Assembly (NCBI RefSeq): GCF_011386835.1
Contig: NC_088791.1
Location: 243,536,001-243,600,000 of the forward strand
Direction of reading: 5' to 3'
DNA from: Chrysemys picta bellii
Lineage: Eukaryota
DNA length: 64,000 bases
The notes under the pieces are model-generated. The model had not been told where the DNA came from. It saw only the letters and a list, made by a program, of their open reading frames with translations, and made no database searches. Of the stretch, positions 60,136 to 64,000 are shown piece by piece. The position numbers and the translations under genes were made by a program. Each line of letters begins with the position of its first letter. The first letter of the stretch is position 1.

Positions 60136-61079
60136 ATGCTGTTAATGTATATTCAATTGAGCTGAGTTCAGAGAGCTGAAGTTTGGCATTGTCTTTGCTA
60201 AAATTGTTCCAGTCTGATAATTTAATTAATCAACATTGAAGCAGAGTGTCTGAGATAATGTGTGCATTCATTTGCATAATGGCTGTAATTGGCAAAACCT
60301 CATACTATAAGTGTGGCAGTTCTGCAAATGACAGTAAGATAGACTGTTTTCTTGTAGCCAGCCAGCAGCACACACTTCAGCCTCTGTTATTTGCTTTTCC
60401 ACACAGGAAAAAGTGACAGCTAGATGTACTGGCCAAGGGAAAAGATGACTAATTGATTTCTGATGGTTCTTGACACGGATATATATTCTACATGACTATG
60501 TTGCTACGTCAAGATAAAAAATTTCTAATCAGGTTTTAGAGCAGAACTCCCACTTCTGAATGGGGCCCAAAATGTTTACAAGTAACAGGATCTTTGGCCC
60601 AGCTGCAGTGAGCAGTTCCTTTAGCCAGAACTAGCAATTTCACTGTCACGTGTTTGAGTCTGTAGCTTCACAGCAGCCAGCAGGCAGCCAAGCTGTGGTT
60701 GCAAAGAAAATTAACTCCTGTCATTCAGTTTCAGAGAGGCCCTTGATGTGGTATCAACCCACTGGCAATCAATTCAGTGAATTTAGGGTAACGTTGTGCT
60801 TTGAGGTTCTCCAGTGCATATTTAATTTAACTGTAAGACAGATCATCATTTTAAATAAATACTTGACTGTTATAAGCATCAATTGGAAATGAATGACCGT
60901 GCAGCAAATGCAATAGGTAGTAATCTTCAGAAGATGTTTTGAATAATCAATTGGCTTTTCTTTAACTATCTTTACTGTATTCATTACTTTGCAACTAGCG
61001 AGACCGTTACTGATTGTTAAATGCCAGCTGAAATGACGTGCTGAGGAGGAACACCCGAGGTAGACTCATGTTCACTGTC

Positions 61080-61705
61080 CTATACACAGATCGGCTTGGG
61101 AATTTTCTGATGAAACTGGCTTTCACTGGAAAATGCCAATTTGCTGAAACCAAAAATGTTTCACAAAAACCTATTGGTTTTGACAAACTGCCTATGAAAC
61201 ACAAGCAGCTCCTGCCAGCTCAACTGGTAGACTGCTGGGGAGCCCAGGCTCCCAGGGTCTGGGTCTCTAGAGCAGTCTCACCATACGGATTGCTCCAGGG
61301 TCAGGAACTCCAGCTGTAGCCAGGACTTGGCTGACAACTGCATAGCAGGGAAGCTCGAAGCCCCGAGAACCCCAGCTCATGCAAGGGCTCTTGGGACTTC
61401 CAGACTTGCTGCTGTGGAGCCAGAAGCCTTGGAGACGCAGCTGCCAAGCTTTGAGACCCCCAGCTCAGCCGTGGCTCCAGGGCATCAAGCTCCCCATCAG
61501 TCTGCTAGAGCTGACCAGGAGCCTCTGAGCTTGGACTACCCGACTCAGTTTCGTTTGTCAAAATAAAACATTTTGATTATCTCTAAACAATTATTTTATT
61601 TGTTTTCTCTTCTGTAGGAAATTTTAATGTTTCCACTTTTTCTTCTATAACAGAACTCTTTTCTCAGAGTTTCTTGTGAAACAGACATTCCAACTTTGCA
61701 CCAGC
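61080..61705. mobile_element. Old DNA-transposon-like element (AT-rich subtermini, GC-rich core); related relics at 31890-32290 and 62540-62660
   Basis: Ends resemble tagagctgg..gaattttc / ttccaactttgcaccagcct. Family not identified. Confidence 0.4.
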
Positions 61706-62684
61706 CTGAGTCACGAGCCGTAGTTTTTTAACCTAACATAGAATCCCGCTTGGAAACGAAATACCTGAACAGCTCATCTCTTTGGGGGCAGGGACCACTT
61801 CTTTGTTTGGACTGTGCTTCAAACAGTGAGGCCCCGATATCTGTCCAAGGCCCCTAGGCACTACCATACTACTACTAATAATACTCACTGGAATAACTGC
61901 AAATAATTTTAGGTGAAATTAAAAATTCTTTGTTAATTGTCTAAAGAAATCCAGGACGTTGCTCAAACGCATACACTACCGACTCCATTATTAGTACAGA
62001 CATTTAGAAGCTACTGTATGCTCCTGTGATTTAGCTCTAAGAGCAACCTGGATTGACCTTTATGAGGTCATGGGGAAACCGTGTCTTAGGTAAAGGGGAC
62101 AAAACAAGAGATTGAGGTGCAATCTATTTTAGTTTGAGAAAGAAGGTTAATTTCTGTCCCACCCAGCCAGGAATGGCCTTAGGTTTGTGCCAAGAATACC
62201 AGCACACAAGTTCTACTGATTTGGGGGGACATACCCACCACACCCTGCAATATACCACTAAATAACCTCTGGCAGCCCCTCACACCTTGAACGATGAACT
62301 GCAGGGGACCAATCCAAAACCCTCTCTAGGCCCCTACTCACTCATTAAATCCTTCGTACCCCATTTCACCCCAATAATATAATCCTCCCGACCTTCTGCC
62401 CCCTGTTGCTATAAACCTCATGTCACCCCCTGAATGCCAAGCATGCTATCTAACAAATGTCCCATGCCATGACTGGCTATGCTACTTACATAACTGTTTT
62501 TGAAGGATACACAGCTGTGTCTTCACAAAAGGCCTCGTCACTAAAGCCAGCTCTGAGCCCAGTTTCTTTCACTCTAAAGACCACAGAATAGTTTAAAACT
62601 AAAGCTGGTTGAATTGGTGAAAACTAACATTTTTGTGAATTTTTTTCCCACCCAGCTGTATTTAAAAGTGGCGGAATTAATTTT

Positions 62685-63150
62685 CCTATGAGCTGCAGCC
62701 ACCTGTGGAGTAAAACACAGTGCTTGTAGAAAAGCACCGCAACACTACACAACAATTTAGAACAAGAAGTGCGAAAGAAACCTGTATGCGGCTGAAACTT
62801 CTGAGGAAGTTTAGGCCCCAGTGTAACGACCTAAACTGGACTTTGACCAGGATGCTGGAGCTAACATCCCATGTGCCCTTTTCTGAAAAATGCCCTGGGG
62901 TCATTGAAGATCACATGAGAGCAGGAGCTGTTTTATATCTTTAAAAAGGCAGCACCTAAAGTAGCACAGGGGTCCCAACAACATCCTGGGGCATTGCTTC
63001 AGTATTGATTTAGAAGGAAGAGTTTGTCATCTATTGAACTCATTAACATGGTCACCTATGGTTTTCCTGGGAAGTCTCCCATTTAAATAGCAATCAGCCC
63101 TGACCCTGTATAGCTCTTAAGAGGGGACAAGCCCACATCTGAAGAGGTAT
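62685..63150 (-). mobile_element. AmnSINE1-like (5S-derived, Deu-SINE) relic
   Basis: Reverse complement of 63072-63125 (ctcttaagagctatacagggtcagggctgattgctatttaaatgggagacttc) aligns to the 5S rRNA internal promoter region. The adjacent body resembles the Deu domain as recalled. Confidence 0.72.
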
Positions 63151-63329
63151 GGCTTCGGGCAGATGCAGGTGATCTAGTACATGGGGCAAACCAAATTAGC
63201 TTGCAGAGCTGCTGGTTTGAATCTGCCGCCTGTCTTTCGTGGCCGTGCCCTGTTGAGGGTCCTACTCCAAAAAACATTGTCATACTATTTGATTTGTGTA
63301 TGCTAAGGTATTCTCTTTTGTTTTCAAAG

Positions 63330-63498
63330 GTATCGTGTCGTGGTTCCATATCCTCCTCAAAGCGAAGCAGAGATTGAACTGAAAGAAGGTGACATTGTGT
63401 TTGTGCACAAGAAAAGAGAGGATGGCTGGTATAAGGGGACATTACAGCGAAATGGCAGGACGGGCCTCTTCCCCGGAAGCTTTGTAGAGAGTTTCTGA
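63330..63498 (+). CDS. SH3RF3: SH3RF3 last coding exon, fourth SH3 domain ([55 protein letters not shown])
   Basis: Acceptor ttttgttttcaaag at 63329. AG+G gives Arg. SH3 consensus, TGA at 63496-63498. Absent from the ORF track because there is no upstream start codon. Confidence 0.97.
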
Positions 63499-64000
63499 GG
63501 GCTTGCTTTCTTCCCCATCACTGCTCTCTGAACTGAAAGATCTTTTAGGGGAAATTCCATAGCACAAGAAGAGACAGCAAAGGGAAATGTGACTGATATC
63601 CACTGCCATTTTTACGTCCAAAGACTCCCCGGGCCCTTCATTCTATAGCTCTGGAACCACAGTATCTGCTGTGCTTCCAAAACCATGTACAGTACATACA
63701 GTGGTATGTTGAAGTAGTGCCTTCCACTTGGAATCATAGACTGAGAGGATGCACATTTGGTTTGTATCTAAACTAAACTCCAACTGTTACCCATTATGTA
63801 AATTATAGAGAAAATATCTTTTAAAAAGTTGTTATATTGCTGTAACTTATTTGTCAGAGCTGCAGTGTTCTTATTACTGGCCTATGCAAGATGGATTTGG
63901 GTGTGGCAGGAGGCAGAGTAGGGAGCTCTTGAACTGGGATTTTATATTTCCTGGGGGAAAAGGAGAGTGTGTGGAAAAACCCAGCTAAAGATTTGTGCAT
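63499..64000 (+). other. SH3RF3: SH3RF3 3' UTR (incomplete, continues beyond the window)
   Basis: Follows the stop codon. No AATAAA or ATTAAA seen before the window end. Confidence 0.75.

Noticed and set aside
62220-62480. C/A-rich, G-poor tract resembling mitochondrial DNA (NUMT)
   Set aside because: No frame gave a recognisable mitochondrial protein, tRNA or rRNA. BLASTn to a turtle mitogenome would be decisive.
63072-63125. 5S rRNA gene
   Set aside because: Partial, diverged and attached to a SINE body, so it is an AmnSINE1-like head.
63327-63335. AAG|GTATCG at the last acceptor as a recursive splice site
   Set aside because: The GT is forced by Arg-Tyr codons of the SH3 domain, and its use would delete the terminal exon. 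No further evidence.

Overview
Vertebrate genomic DNA, most likely a turtle (inferred from the repeat repertoire). The window holds the 3' part of SH3RF3 (POSH2, a RING/SH3 E3 ligase scaffold) on the + strand. Six coding exons (5646-5746, 9040-9210, 16179-16429, 24949-25283, 53350-53687, 63330-63498) have GT-AG boundaries and matching phases (0/2/2/1/0/2). They splice into 1365 nt (454 aa plus stop), encoding the third and fourth SH3 domains. The 3' UTR runs off the window end. Everything else is intron, dense in transposon relics: CR1 LINEs, a DIRS tyrosine-recombinase retrotransposon relic, solo LTRs, hAT, PIF/Harbinger and Tigger-like MITEs (many with intact TIRs and TSDs, often nested), MIR, LF-SINE and AmnSINE1 relics, and three Penelope-like pseudo-LTR inversions. 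The most notable signal is a minimal type-I hammerhead-ribozyme-like motif (42435-42474) on the pre-mRNA strand, inside a perfect 83-bp Penelope hairpin. Also notable are a CAG-TAG tandem acceptor, an inverted hAT pair bracketing five exons, and a readable nesting chronology. There is no prokaryotic system, CRISPR array, rRNA or tRNA gene. Repeat family names come from recognition, not database searches.
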